A DNA stretch of 64,000 nucleotides from the NCBI GenBank assembly GCA_000002435.2, contig CM018791.1; one strand, given 5' to 3'. This document shows positions 1-10,312 of the stretch, piece by piece. The position numbers and the translations under genes are program-made. The notes under the pieces are model-generated. The model did no database searches. It was not told the origin of the DNA and saw nothing but the letters and a program-made list of their open reading frames with translations. Source of the stretch: Giardia intestinalis (Eukaryota). Numbering within the stretch: the first letter of the stretch is position 1; every line of letters begins with the position of its first letter.

Positions 1-633
1 CTGTCTGGGTGCCTTCGTCGGTTCAAAACTGCCACAAATCCACCTGAGAACATTTCAGAGGACACCTTTTCACACGCTGAGAACGCACGATTGGAGATTC
101 TTTTTCGCTATATAGAGCACGCCATGCAGCATCGTAGAGAGGCCAAAAAAGCCGCCGACAAGACCAGCGATAAGGCACCGCCCGACGCACTTTCAGACGC
201 TGTACGAGCGGTCGTCCAATCCCCTATTGCTCTATCTAGAATCATGCCCTTCCCTTCAGCTATCTCCGTGTACCATCCCACAACCATTTCGATACTGGAT
301 CCAGTCCAACCCTCCAACAATCTTGCCAAGGCCACCAGTGCAGCGTCGTTTGCTCGTCTGAAAGCAGCACTTAGAACAGGCTATTTTCAGTTGGGATCTC
401 TTATGATGATGCTCTGCGACAAGACTGCGCCCCTGAGCGTGATCCAGACTGAGTTCGACCTTCTCTTTTCCAACACTCTTGCTCACTTTGACGTGGAGCT
501 AGAGACGGTTCAGAGTCTTTCCACACCCCATAGTTTTGATTTCGCAAGCCCAAATGAGTATCTTCTTAATGTCAGTTCCGGGGCCATCTATCACGAGCTT
601 CTCAATGTCATGACTCTCTACCTCCTTGGTTAA
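1..633 (+). CDS. 3' portion of a gene cut by the window edge; hypothetical protein
   Basis: Frame 1 has no stop from nt 1 to the TAA at 631-633. The track ORF 91..633 starts at a TTG, so the true start lies upstream of the window. No recognisable domain. Confidence 0.5.
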   Translation: MSGCLRRFKTATNPPENISEDTFSHAENARLEILFRYIEHAMQHRREAKKAADKTSDKAPPDALSDAVRAVVQSPIALSRIMPFPSAISVYHPTTISILDPVQPSNNLAKATSAASFARLKAALRTGYFQLGSLMMMLCDKTAPLSVIQTEFDLLFSNTLAHFDVELETVQSLSTPHSFDFASPNEYLLNVSSGAIYHELLNVMTLYLLG

Positions 634-785
634 GATCACCCCTTGATAGAGACGAATGGAAGCATAACCGTGTGCTGCGTCTCCATTTTATCTTGTATTA
701 TCTATAAATGTAAATTATAGTGCGTTTCAATCCACAGAGCCCTGTCCCCCAAAATTCCGTTAATCTCAAAAAAAGCTGAACATTG

Positions 786-2189
786 ATGCAGAAGCAAAAG
801 AAGTTTCAAGTGGATGTGGAGGACCCATATACGCTCCAATCTGAGCTGCAGTTTCCAGGCTTGGTTGTCCTAGAAATATTTGCCCACTGGTGCGACGTCT
901 GTAAGTCTATCGACCCTATTTTTCGGAATCACTTCGTCGACCTTGCTACGCGGAAGCTGAAGTTTGTCCGGGTGCAGCACGCGTTTGTCCCCTGGCTGCG
1001 TAGGTACCACGGCCGCTGTCGACCAACCTTTTTATTCTTCGTCGGCGGCTCTTTAAAGGAGATTGTTGAGGGCATTGATACTCCTAGACTGGATACACTG
1101 ATCCCTCAGCTTGCGCCTGAAAACGAGGTTCCTTTGGAAAAGTTTGTTCCTGAAGAGCGTTTCCCAGAGCTCAACACCGATGAGGTGTACCTGCAGTACC
1201 TTACCCGTGTCGAGGAGCTGGAGCGTGAACGCACGATCGCTATTGAGGCAGGCACAGACACAGACATAGATCCCCGTGGGGAGTACAACTCTCTAGTTAA
1301 GGAGTTTGAGAGTAAGTTCCAATTGCCGATGTCAGCATACTCTCCTGGGTCATTTAGCGGCGAAAGGCCTCCACCAGTAGTAGCGAAGAAGAGTACAGAG
1401 AGCACGACTTTACAAGCAACCGAATTCGTTATGCAGCAATCTACAGAAGAACAGAAAGAGGTCATTCCTCCTGAAGCAGAGCCCGATACTAGCACTGTTC
1501 AACCAACGCAAGTAGAACTGGACGACAAGCCCGCTGAACAAGCTAAGGACGCTGAGGATGTCGCAGATAGTGCCGACGCTAATGCTGAGGCAGAGGAAGA
1601 GGGACAAAAGCCATTGTCCGATGTCGATGAAGAGCGTCTACGCACACCCGAGTCCAGAAACAGCACAGAAGACGACCAGCACAGATCTGCAGAGAAGAAC
1701 GAAGATGGGTCTGCGCTGGATCATCCAGATGTTGAGGGCCACGGAGATGCTGTGCGTCTAGATCGAGAGCCGCTTAAAGAGGGGCAGGAAGACTCAGAAG
1801 GCGCCTTTCACTATGAAACAGGCGCCAGTACAGAAGATGACCAGGATCATCAGCAAGGCTTGGATAGTCAGCGCTCCTATGAGCATCCCGCAGAGGAGAC
1901 ACCCGTAGACCAACCTGGGACAGAACAGGGGCAACCCGATGCTGAACAACACCAAGAAGAGGGGACATATGAGACAGAGGGAAATACTGGATTGCCAGAG
2001 GTTGATAACCCCCCTGAGGATGCTCCTGAGAACGAGGGCCTAGAAGAAAAGGAGGAACCAGCACGAAATATAGAGTCTGCTGGGACGAACGGGACAACCG
2101 ATGTGCTCGATTTTGCCTACACGCCCGAGAATGTGGACGGAGACATAGTGGACCTGCTGGAAACAGAGGAGGCCAACCAGGGGCAATGA
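786..2189 (+). CDS. Thioredoxin-fold protein with a long acidic (E/D/Q-rich) C-terminal extension
   Basis: The track start at 783 is TTG; the first ATG is at 786, preceded by an A-rich leader (ctcaaaaaaagctgaacatt). The N-terminal ~110 aa have thioredoxin-like layout with a WCDVC redox motif (LEIFAHWCDVCKSIDPIF). The remainder is low-complexity and acidic. Confidence 0.75.
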   Translation: MQKQKKFQVDVEDPYTLQSELQFPGLVVLEIFAHWCDVCKSIDPIFRNHFVDLATRKLKFVRVQHAFVPWLRRYHGRCRPTFLFFVGGSLKEIVEGIDTPRLDTLIPQLAPENEVPLEKFVPEERFPELNTDEVYLQYLTRVEELERERTIAIEAGTDTDIDPRGEYNSLVKEFESKFQLPMSAYSPGSFSGERPPPVVAKKSTESTTLQATEFVMQQSTEEQKEVIPPEAEPDTSTVQPTQVELDDKPAEQAKDAEDVADSADANAEAEEEGQKPLSDVDEERLRTPESRNSTEDDQHRSAEKNEDGSALDHPDVEGHGDAVRLDREPLKEGQEDSEGAFHYETGASTEDDQDHQQGLDSQRSYEHPAEETPVDQPGTEQGQPDAEQHQEEGTYETEGNTGLPEVDNPPEDAPENEGLEEKEEPARNIESAGTNGTTDVLDFAYTPENVDGDIVDLLETEEANQGQ

Positions 2190-2211
2190 ACTCTGTGTAA
2201 AGGAGCATTTA

Positions 2212-3114
2212 CTAAGAACCCACAAACCTTGGATAGTGGGGAGACAATTTTGGAGACAACGATCGCGTGCTTTCCTTCCGCAACCCTGCCTCTTCTAGGT
2301 TGCTGACTATTGCCTCCAGACGATCCAGTTTTTGTGTGACCATCAAGAGGTCTTCTGTAAATCGATTCAGGCTTTTGCTTTGCATATCAATTACAGAGGA
2401 AACGGAGTCAGCAATGAGGCGTAAGTGGGCGACAGTCTCTTTGGCAAAGACCTCCTGTTGTCGTGTCATCTTGGTCAGTTGATCCTGCAGACCAGCCATC
2501 CCTGCGCTAAGTCTTTGAATAAGCTGTGCAGACACCACCGAGGAGGAGCTTAGAGACCCGCTCGGGACAGGGTCGTGACCATAATGCTCATCTCGCTTCA
2601 AATAACTTGCAGTCTTACGATTGTATGAGCTACGATTGCGTGATATCGGGTCAGCGCAGGGCGTAGCTGTGTAGCTTTGGAGCACAGAGAAGGGGTCGTC
2701 TTTTTGAAGTGAGTTCACAGACAGGTGAGCGTCAACGGGTCTAGCGAAACGCTGAGAGCTACACGGTACGCTCGCAGTACGCCTTGTCCCTGCGACGGTG
2801 ACTCCGCCTGTCAGACGAGTAGGGCGAATACTCGAGGGCCTTGTATCGAGCGATATCTTGTTCACTTTATCAAAGAGACGATTCTCTCCTAAGAATTTAT
2901 TCTGACGCAACGACGACACATCCTGAGCGTGAGGATGTTGAAAACACTCTCCGGCATATTGAAGAAGTGTCTCCCAGTGGAGCTTAGAATGTAAATGCCT
3001 CGAAGACGGACATAGCTCGATGAAGAGGGTCGCCTGTGGGATTTGCTCGTCACTACCATACCAGAGGGCCACCCCGAGCCAGATTCGGATTCCGTTTTTA
3101 TCCCAGAGCCTGCT
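2212..3114 (-). CDS. Open frame with no ATG for ~205 codons, directly downstream of the flippase and overlapping its 3' end; C-terminal part is coiled-coil
   Basis: The minus-strand frame is open from 3114 down to the stop at 2212. The track start at 3072 is GTG, and the first ATG is at 2499. The frame overlaps the flippase frame over 2889-3114, offset by -1. See the matching finding. Confidence 0.4.
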   Translation of the reverse strand, partial: SRLWDKNGIRIWLGVALWYGSDEQIPQATLFIELCPSSRHLHSKLHWETLLQYAGECFQHPHAQDVSSLRQNKFLGENRLFDKVNKISLDTRPSSIRPTRLTGGVTVAGTRRTASVPCSSQRFARPVDAHLSVNSLQKDDPFSVLQSYTATPCADPISRNRSSYNRKTASYLKRDEHYGHDPVPSGSLSSSSVVSAQLIQRLSAGMAGLQDQLTKMTRQQEVFAKETVAHLRLIADSVSSVIDMQSKSLNRFTEDLLMVTQKLDRLEAIVSNLEEAGLRKESTRSLSPKLSPHYPRFVGS

Positions 3115-6100
3115 CTATACATGGGCTTACTTCGATCTCGTAAGACGCTGCGAGATAGGCCAGGATGGTCTTGGTTGAAAGAAGGCTTGCCTATGACAGC
3201 CACATTCTGTTGCGACTCACGCGTGCAACACCGTGGAACTTTGCATGTAGCACAATAAACTGGCTTTCTCATTGATCTGAGAATACGGACCACGTTTGGT
3301 TTAGAGAACCGGCGAACGATGCGTTCACCGACAAAAAGCAGTACAGTCGATATTGCGTTTGTTACGCATAAGCGCCAAAACATATCTAGAGAAAACACTT
3401 CGCTACGAGTCAAGGAGCCCGGATAAATGGCAACAACCAAGAATAGCATCAAGTAGCTGAGAAGCAAGGCAACGAGGAGCATAAGGGAAAAGCGATGGGT
3501 AGTCACAAGGATCAGGCAGAGCTCGCTCCACAGCAGTATGGCGAAGCTGAAAAACGTAAATCTGCTGACAGAAATGGGAAACGACGAGAAGATGTATGCA
3601 AGAAGAAACACTACCACTGCTATAATAAAGCCACTAAATGTCCAGAGAAAAAATGTCTTAAGGTTCAGAATAGATCCACGCGACGTAATCCGATAGATTT
3701 CTGGGTATTTTAGTACTAGTTGGTAGTCCACATCTTCGTTAATATAATAGTTGAACGGTGGAAACATTGTGAATAGCGTCACGTATCCCAAGAGGAGTAC
3801 CCCGGTGTGAAGAACGAGAGACGTGAAAAAGTAAAGGCAGGTGAAACAAATCTGGAGCAAGCATAGCGCAACCCCGCGCTGGACGATAAACTGGCATATC
3901 TGTGCACTACCCACGTAGCTACACTTGCCATACCATAACAGAAGCTTCTTCAGTCCTCGGAATTCTGTCATCACATAGTCTGCTGCGTTGGCCGCCTGGT
4001 TGCCCTCCTTGCCCCGCAGTCCTATGCCGACAGAGCAAGTTTCGATCAGGGGAACATCATTTGCCCCATCGCCTATCCCTAGGGATTTGCTGCCTGTGTA
4101 TACCGAAATGAGGCCTGCAACAAGGGCCTTCTGCGTTGGTGTGCAGCGGCAGCAGAGGACCGTTTCTGCCTTGCTAGCAATATTTGCAAAAAGCTCGCGC
4201 GTCTCTGCATCTGGTCCAAGACTCCCCTTACCGCGTCTGGGGTGTCCTGTAAGGTAGATAAGTAACCAGCGGGTGAATCTCCTCCAGATCCTTACACACG
4301 AGTGCAAAGGAAGAAGGTTCCCAGTGATGGGATGGATTGCATGTGTGTAGAAGTAGTCCACGGGGTAGTTACCGAGGAGTTTCTCCAGCGCTGATCCGTC
4401 TATGACGATGGTAACCTCATGTGTGAAGCTAACCATTTGAGAGAGCTCTTTCAGAACGGAGACTATTTCAACAGGGGTGAGCTCCTCCGTCAAGAAGTAG
4501 ATATGCTCACTCAAGCGCCCATAGCACGTGCTTGCTAAAACAAGAGACCCTGGGCGTTTCTTTCTATTGAGCCGCTTTTCTCTTCTGGAGGTGACACTCA
4601 TAAAGGAATTGGGATCATCTCGAATGGCTCTGCGGAGGATTGCCATGGGTGTCTTATCCTCTTGGCCCACTTCTATCTCAGATCTTGTAGGAATAGATAC
4701 AGCATCTAGAGATGGAGTAGTTGGATACTTACATGCCTCAGGATGCAGCGACTGAGTAGTCAAAGGCGCGGTATTCTCGGATGCACGAAGCTTGCTGGTA
4801 TGCTTCTTGACTGCTGTATTTGGGAGCAACCCGCACGACTGGGCTATGCTCAAGCATGTCACAACCTTGTCTCCGGTCAACATCCAGAACTTAATTCCTG
4901 CTCTTTTCAGATCCTGGATCGTTGCCTTCACATTGAGCTGGAGCTGATCTTCGATTCCTGTTACACACAAGACCTCCACCCCTGTCAGCAGAGTCTCTTC
5001 GCATTTCACGAGTATGGAATCTCGGTTTGCCAGATCTGCAGACGCAGCAGTAATGGATGAATGAAAATTACTAAGGTCGTCATCATCGAGCATGCGGTAC
5101 GCATACACGAGGGTCCTCCGCCCCAGCCCTGCCAAAGCATCGACGGTGTTTCGAAGCCATGGACAGTACTTGGCAAACACCTCAATAGTTGTGTCTGCTC
5201 CCTTAACGAAAATAAACGTGGTTCCGGTAGCAATGTGGTGAGTGACGACAGACATGCGCTTGGTCTCTGATGTAAATGGAAAGGTATGAAGAAGCTCAAA
5301 CTCTTGAGATCCTGTACTAGCAGTGTAGCGTACAAGATTATGTGACTTTTCTTCCAGTATATAGCCCCGCGCATGCATGCTTCTTATTATTGCAACCTCG
5401 TCGGGAGATGAGCCAATATATCGATTAAGGATCAGATTTTCGTCAATCTCGCGGCGCGTAAAGAGCAATTCTGTTGGTGAATCGGAAAGTGAGAGCGTCT
5501 GCACAGGCTGAGATCGATCTTCGAGCCCGATGGCCTCAGAGATGCTCGCGTCGAGAAAGCTAGTTGGCTCCTGAGACGTTCTCTGTTCAGATGATTGACT
5601 AGTGCTTGCTGAGCAAGTTCTTGGCTGCCTCCTCCTTCTTGGCCTAAGGGCGGTATCTTGCTCTGGTGAATCCTGATCCTCGCGGAACAACTCGACGTTG
5701 TGACATGTCATGATTGCAAAGAGGACGATGCGCTGCAATTCGCTAGCGTAATTATCAAATACGTGGACAGACAAGCTGGGCTTTTTTTCTCCAACAACCT
5801 CATGGAGCCACATCTCGTTCCGTGTCAGAGTCCCTGTTTTGTCGCTGAAGACATGGCTAATGCGGCCCAGCTCTTCAGCTAGATCGGTTGATCTGACCTC
5901 AATCCCACTTATGGTGTCGTCCCGCTTAATACTTCCGGCCATGACGAGCTTGCCGAAGTCATAGGAAACCTGCATGGCCAATGGAATAATCGAGCTGAGG
6001 ATTATGATCCAGCGAACGAAGACGATAATACTTCTGGTTGTGGTGGCAAATGTAACCAGCGCTGACAGGAGCAGACAGAAAATGAACATGCCCTTGACAA

Positions 6101-6914
6101 ACATGTTCAGCTCAACATCGAGAGACCCTTGTTTAACCCGTCGCCGTCCAAGGTTCTGCATAATGCGTGTGCTCTTCCCTGTGTAGACAACCAATCCCGT
6201 TGCGTATCCGCGCGCAAGACTGCAATTCATCCAGATTGCATTAGAAACTGTAATGGGTCCAATTACAGCGTCAGTTTGTGCGTTTTGAAGAACCCCGGAA
6301 AAGTGATAGAGATTATCCGATGGCTTGGCATAGGTAACGTGGATGGAATCAAGGACTGCAGAGAGCAGGTCCGGTGCTGCCAGTGTTTCTGGGCTATCGA
6401 CAGTACCAAGCAAAGGCATCTTGACCTTTAGATCTGTTTCCCCATCCAGATTGACTGTCTTGACATACAAATGATCCACGGCTTGGAGGATAACGATGTC
6501 CGCGGGAACCCTCTGATTTGGCTCTAGAAGCACGATGCTTCCAACCTTAATGTCTTCGGACTTGGTAGGAACGAGTCCATAGGGGCCAATGATATTGTAC
6601 TTGCCACTATTGACTAACTTGTCACGTCTTGCTCGATTCAGCTCATCATACAATTCGCGCCCAACACTGACTAGGACAATGAAACATAGAGGAAGGTAGT
6701 ATGTAAAGGCGAGGCCAACTTGAAGAGGGCGATAGAGCTGGAGAAAGGCTAGAACCAAGAAAAACTGGTTGAAGAAAAGCCGGAACTGTTTGAGGACAGC
6801 AACAAAGGGAAAAACAATCCAATTGTACTTCCGGGTCTTAATCTTGTTGGTGGGCATGGGTGCTTCCGTGGTGTCTGCGCAGACACCACGGAACCTGATG
6901 GATAGATGTTCCAT
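2889..6914 (-). CDS. P4-type ATPase (phospholipid flippase)
   Basis: Motifs present: DGET (NLDGETDLKVK), phosphorylation site DKTGTLT, hinge TGDK, GDGANDV. The P4-specific N-terminus is present (NKIKTRKYNWIVFPFVAVLKQFRLFFNQFFL), as are multiple TM segments. The track start at 6968 is TTG; the first ATG is at 6914 (MEHLSIRF). The C-terminal end is uncertain because of the overlapping frame at 2212-3114. Confidence 0.9.
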   Translation of the reverse strand: MEHLSIRFRGVCADTTEAPMPTNKIKTRKYNWIVFPFVAVLKQFRLFFNQFFLVLAFLQLYRPLQVGLAFTYYLPLCFIVLVSVGRELYDELNRARRDKLVNSGKYNIIGPYGLVPTKSEDIKVGSIVLLEPNQRVPADIVILQAVDHLYVKTVNLDGETDLKVKMPLLGTVDSPETLAAPDLLSAVLDSIHVTYAKPSDNLYHFSGVLQNAQTDAVIGPITVSNAIWMNCSLARGYATGLVVYTGKSTRIMQNLGRRRVKQGSLDVELNMFVKGMFIFCLLLSALVTFATTTRSIIVFVRWIIILSSIIPLAMQVSYDFGKLVMAGSIKRDDTISGIEVRSTDLAEELGRISHVFSDKTGTLTRNEMWLHEVVGEKKPSLSVHVFDNYASELQRIVLFAIMTCHNVELFREDQDSPEQDTALRPRRRRQPRTCSASTSQSSEQRTSQEPTSFLDASISEAIGLEDRSQPVQTLSLSDSPTELLFTRREIDENLILNRYIGSSPDEVAIIRSMHARGYILEEKSHNLVRYTASTGSQEFELLHTFPFTSETKRMSVVTHHIATGTTFIFVKGADTTIEVFAKYCPWLRNTVDALAGLGRRTLVYAYRMLDDDDLSNFHSSITAASADLANRDSILVKCEETLLTGVEVLCVTGIEDQLQLNVKATIQDLKRAGIKFWMLTGDKVVTCLSIAQSCGLLPNTAVKKHTSKLRASENTAPLTTQSLHPEACKYPTTPSLDAVSIPTRSEIEVGQEDKTPMAILRRAIRDDPNSFMSVTSRREKRLNRKKRPGSLVLASTCYGRLSEHIYFLTEELTPVEIVSVLKELSQMVSFTHEVTIVIDGSALEKLLGNYPVDYFYTHAIHPITGNLLPLHSCVRIWRRFTRWLLIYLTGHPRRGKGSLGPDAETRELFANIASKAETVLCCRCTPTQKALVAGLISVYTGSKSLGIGDGANDVPLIETCSVGIGLRGKEGNQAANAADYVMTEFRGLKKLLLWYGKCSYVGSAQICQFIVQRGVALCLLQICFTCLYFFTSLVLHTGVLLLGYVTLFTMFPPFNYYINEDVDYQLVLKYPEIYRITSRGSILNLKTFFLWTFSGFIIAVVVFLLAYIFSSFPISVSRFTFFSFAILLWSELCLILVTTHRFSLMLLVALLLSYLMLFLVVAIYPGSLTRSEVFSLDMFWRLCVTNAISTVLLFVGERIVRRFSKPNVVRILRSMRKPVYCATCKVPRCCTRESQQNVAVIGKPSFNQDHPGLSRSVLRDRSKPMYRAGSGIKTESESGSGWPSGMVVTSKSHRRPSSSSYVRLRGIYILSSTGRHFFNMPESVFNILTLRMCRRCVRINS

Positions 6915-6968
6915 TCCACACCTTTGTCCAATTTTACTGACGAACTTATTAAAAAACAGGGTTGTCAA
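6915..6968. promoter_or_regulatory. 54-bp divergent intergenic region between flippase and NSF (putative bidirectional promoter)
   Basis: It lies between ATG 6914 (-) and ATG 6969 (+). It contains an A/T-rich stretch (acttattaaaaaacag) of the kind found just upstream of Giardia start codons. Confidence 0.4.
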
Positions 6969-9380
6969 ATGTCTGGAGAGGGGTTCAGCTATAAAGCCGG
7001 TAAGTACCCTAGCACCTCTTTGCTCGAGACCAACTGTGCATACTTATGTCCTAGTGACTATGCTGCAGTTCTTGGCAACGAGAAGTCTGATAACGTCTAC
7101 CTCGAGAGGAACGGCCACGTCGTCCTACTGAGACCGGGAAGGGGCAGCGGGTCAGTTGCAGCCCACCACGACCCCATGCCCGAGGTTCCTCAGGGCGTGA
7201 TCCTCCTGTCAACGTTTCATAGAACAAAGTGGGCAGCGCCTTTGGACAATACTCCCATCACTGTGTCACGGTCCAAGTTTGACGCCACTGCCAGAGCCAC
7301 CACTGTGGTATTCATGATCAAGCCAATGGCTAAGCAACAAAAGCCAGTGACCATAGACACGGCAAAGCTCAAGGTCCGTATTACAGAGAAATTTGTCCAC
7401 CTCCCTCTTGCTATCGGTCAGGACCTTGCCATTAGTGACGGTTCTGACTTCTTCATCTTGGGGGTTGTTGGCATGTCTGGCAAGAACAAGGAGATAGTGA
7501 GCGACGAGACCACACTTGCTTTCTATAGGGATACTGAAGCAATCTTCCAGACTCAAACAAAGGAAATAAAGCTCACCGGGGAGTACGCAGTCGCAGAAGT
7601 CTCTGCGGTGGCTAAGGCGCTGATGAATCTCATCAACGACACGCCTGAGAAGAACGAGCAGGGGGGCATAACTAACGCAGAAAGCTTAGGAATAGGGGGC
7701 CTCAATAAGCAGTTTAAGGACATATTTAGGCGCGCATTCATGTCACGAATATTTCCACCGGACAAGTTGGCAGAGCTTGGCCAGACACACGTTAAGGGTC
7801 TCCTTTTGTACGGACCACCTGGCACGGGAAAAACGTTGACAGCCAGGAAGATTGGCGAGTTGCTGAACGCGCGGCCTCCAAAGATGGTTTCCGGTCCAGA
7901 GCTTCTGGATAAGTACGTTGGCGGGTCGGAGCAGAAGGTGCGCGATCTGTTCAGTGACGCGTTTGAGGAGTGGAAAGAGCGCGAGAATGCATCTGAGCTT
8001 CACATAATCATTATCGACGAGCTTGATGCGGTATGCAAACAACGAGGCAGCAAGTCGGACAACACTGGAACAATGGACAGCCTGGTTAATCAGCTACTTG
8101 CGATGATGGACGGGCCCGACGCGCTTGGTAACGTGCTTGTGGTTGGTATGACCAACAGGAAAGAGCTTCTGGACGAGGCTCTGATGCGTCCCGGCCGCTT
8201 TGAAGTGCACCTGGAGATTGGTCTTCCCGACTGCAGAGGAAGAGAGCAGATTCTGAGGATCCACACTAAAAACCTGGTTGCTGCCAAGTCTCTTGCAAGC
8301 GATGTCGATATCGCACATCTCGCTGAGCGCACTCCTAATTTCTCTGGCGCTGAACTAGCAGGTCTTGTTAGGTCTGCTACATCCTTTGCCATGGAGCGTG
8401 CTATTGAGAAAACAAAGTCGGTGGGTCCTAACAAGTTACCCAATTTGAACAAGGTTGACGTCCTGGTGGTGGCAGAGGACTTTGAAAGGGCCCTGGGGGA
8501 GGTTACAGCAGGATACGGCCAGGCAGACCGCACGCTACTAGATGCTGCAGCGCCTTTAAGTATCCTCAAGGCTACCGGCTACGAGTCTGTCGTCCAGCAG
8601 GCTGTGTCTTTTGGAGAGGCAGTCCTAAACAGCAGTATTACTACCGGCGCTATGCTGCTTGCAGCGCCTGCAGCTGGAACTGGTTGCACAGCTCTATGCT
8701 CTGTCATTGCGAAGAGGCTTGGATGTGAGTTTGTTCGAATTATCTCTGCAGAGCAGCTTGTTATGAGGACCTCGACAGAGTATGGGCGTGCAGACCTTAT
8801 ATGTCAAATCTTTGAGGCAGCCTACAGGGTCCCGCGCGCTCTAATAATTCTGGATGGCATAGAGTCCATCATACAGTATACGCCCATTGGCTTCCGATTC
8901 TCCAGTAATGTCCTCCAGACCCTCAACGCTCTCATTTGTAGACCAGCTCCGCCTGATCATAAACTTATTGTTCTCGGCACCACTACGTGCTTGACAGCAA
9001 TGAGCGACGTTGGGCTTGCAAGTGTCTTCGGTCAGGTTTGCAACATTCCATCCCTCACCCCCGACCAAGCCCTCTGCGCGCTCTGCGAATATGCCGCTGT
9101 TGCCCCCAATCTAGAGGAAAAACGCAACGCTACCCACCAAGTTAGCGTGAAATACTATCTCCAACCAAATCCCGTCAAGTATGAGGCGTATGCTGAATAC
9201 AAGCTCTTTTTGGAGAGGCAAAAGCAGGGTATTCCCATCACGATCCGCAATGTGCTACTTGCTTATGAAATGGCAAAGGTCACTGTCCGAAAGGATGCGC
9301 TCTCTCGTAACCCCAATGCGCAACAGGCCGTGATCACCGACTCCGTAATGGCCAGGACATTGAATGCAACGCTATCCTGA
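6969..9380 (+). CDS. NSF: N-ethylmaleimide-sensitive factor (NSF), vesicle-fusion AAA+ ATPase
   Basis: The D1 domain is NSF-like (GLLLYGPPGTGKTLTARKIGELLNARPPKMVSGPELLDKYVGGSEQKVRDLF) with a Walker B IIIIDELDA. A degenerate D2 P-loop follows (APAAGTGCT). I chose the start at ATG 6969 (MSGEGFSYK) behind the A-rich leader rather than the track's 6906. Confidence 0.9.
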   Translation: MSGEGFSYKAGKYPSTSLLETNCAYLCPSDYAAVLGNEKSDNVYLERNGHVVLLRPGRGSGSVAAHHDPMPEVPQGVILLSTFHRTKWAAPLDNTPITVSRSKFDATARATTVVFMIKPMAKQQKPVTIDTAKLKVRITEKFVHLPLAIGQDLAISDGSDFFILGVVGMSGKNKEIVSDETTLAFYRDTEAIFQTQTKEIKLTGEYAVAEVSAVAKALMNLINDTPEKNEQGGITNAESLGIGGLNKQFKDIFRRAFMSRIFPPDKLAELGQTHVKGLLLYGPPGTGKTLTARKIGELLNARPPKMVSGPELLDKYVGGSEQKVRDLFSDAFEEWKERENASELHIIIIDELDAVCKQRGSKSDNTGTMDSLVNQLLAMMDGPDALGNVLVVGMTNRKELLDEALMRPGRFEVHLEIGLPDCRGREQILRIHTKNLVAAKSLASDVDIAHLAERTPNFSGAELAGLVRSATSFAMERAIEKTKSVGPNKLPNLNKVDVLVVAEDFERALGEVTAGYGQADRTLLDAAAPLSILKATGYESVVQQAVSFGEAVLNSSITTGAMLLAAPAAGTGCTALCSVIAKRLGCEFVRIISAEQLVMRTSTEYGRADLICQIFEAAYRVPRALIILDGIESIIQYTPIGFRFSSNVLQTLNALICRPAPPDHKLIVLGTTTCLTAMSDVGLASVFGQVCNIPSLTPDQALCALCEYAAVAPNLEEKRNATHQVSVKYYLQPNPVKYEAYAEYKLFLERQKQGIPITIRNVLLAYEMAKVTVRKDALSRNPNAQQAVITDSVMARTLNATLS

Positions 9381-10312
9381 AGGGCTAGCGCTGTTTTAAT
9401 AGTTGAACACAAACCCTGAGCATCCATATTGCTGTTAGACTCTGTAAATTTTGAAGCTAAGCAGCCACAAGAGTCTGCTGAACTGGTAACTGCCAACGAT
9501 GGGGTTGGATAGGCTCGGCACTGCCTGGCTACAACTATTCATGTGTGGCATTGTGGTGCAGGGAATCTCTTTATGAATTCAAGAATATAAATCCACGGAT
9601 TGAAGCAATAAGGCACGCCCTGCTTGAGTCACAATTAGGCCAGTTGTCAAGCAAGAACATAGTACAATCTGATCTGGTGCACAAATTGGCATTGTCAACC
9701 TTTAAGCCCAGCAATTAACTTGCAGCCCAAAAGTATGTCTAGCGTATGAAAAAGCACGCTATAGTCTAGTATGCAATTGGTCCAAGACTACTGATGCTGT
9801 AATAAGCTGCTGCTTTATGCAAAAGTAAAAAGTAATGGCATAAAAACTAATGTGGACGGAAAACTACAAGCCAATCACGGCTGGCACAACATATCAGCCG
9901 CACATTTTGCTCCCAAGCAGCGCCTCTCCGGCCGGAGAGGACCTGTTTGTGCACGAAGATTACTTATGGTGCCTAGAAGACCACATCTGCTTCGACAGCG
10001 TCATAGAGACAGCCTTGACCCCGGGACAGGAGCTACGAGGCACAGCCCCCACTGAGAAAGAAAGCCAACGCAATCTAGACCTTCTCCTGGCAGTAATTTG
10101 ATTCTATGCACACCGTAAGATATGGGCGGTGGAGCAGCGAAGCAACGGAGCGACGCTTTCTGATCGTAACCTGTGTTCACCTTTTCGACCTATGCACAGA
10201 TAATTACGACTTTCGCGCTCATAACGCCCGCTTTAAAATCCTTTTGTGAACCCTTTTCATTAAATCAAAGTGAAACAGTCAAAAATTCACTCTAGGCTCG
10301 ATTCTAGACCTG

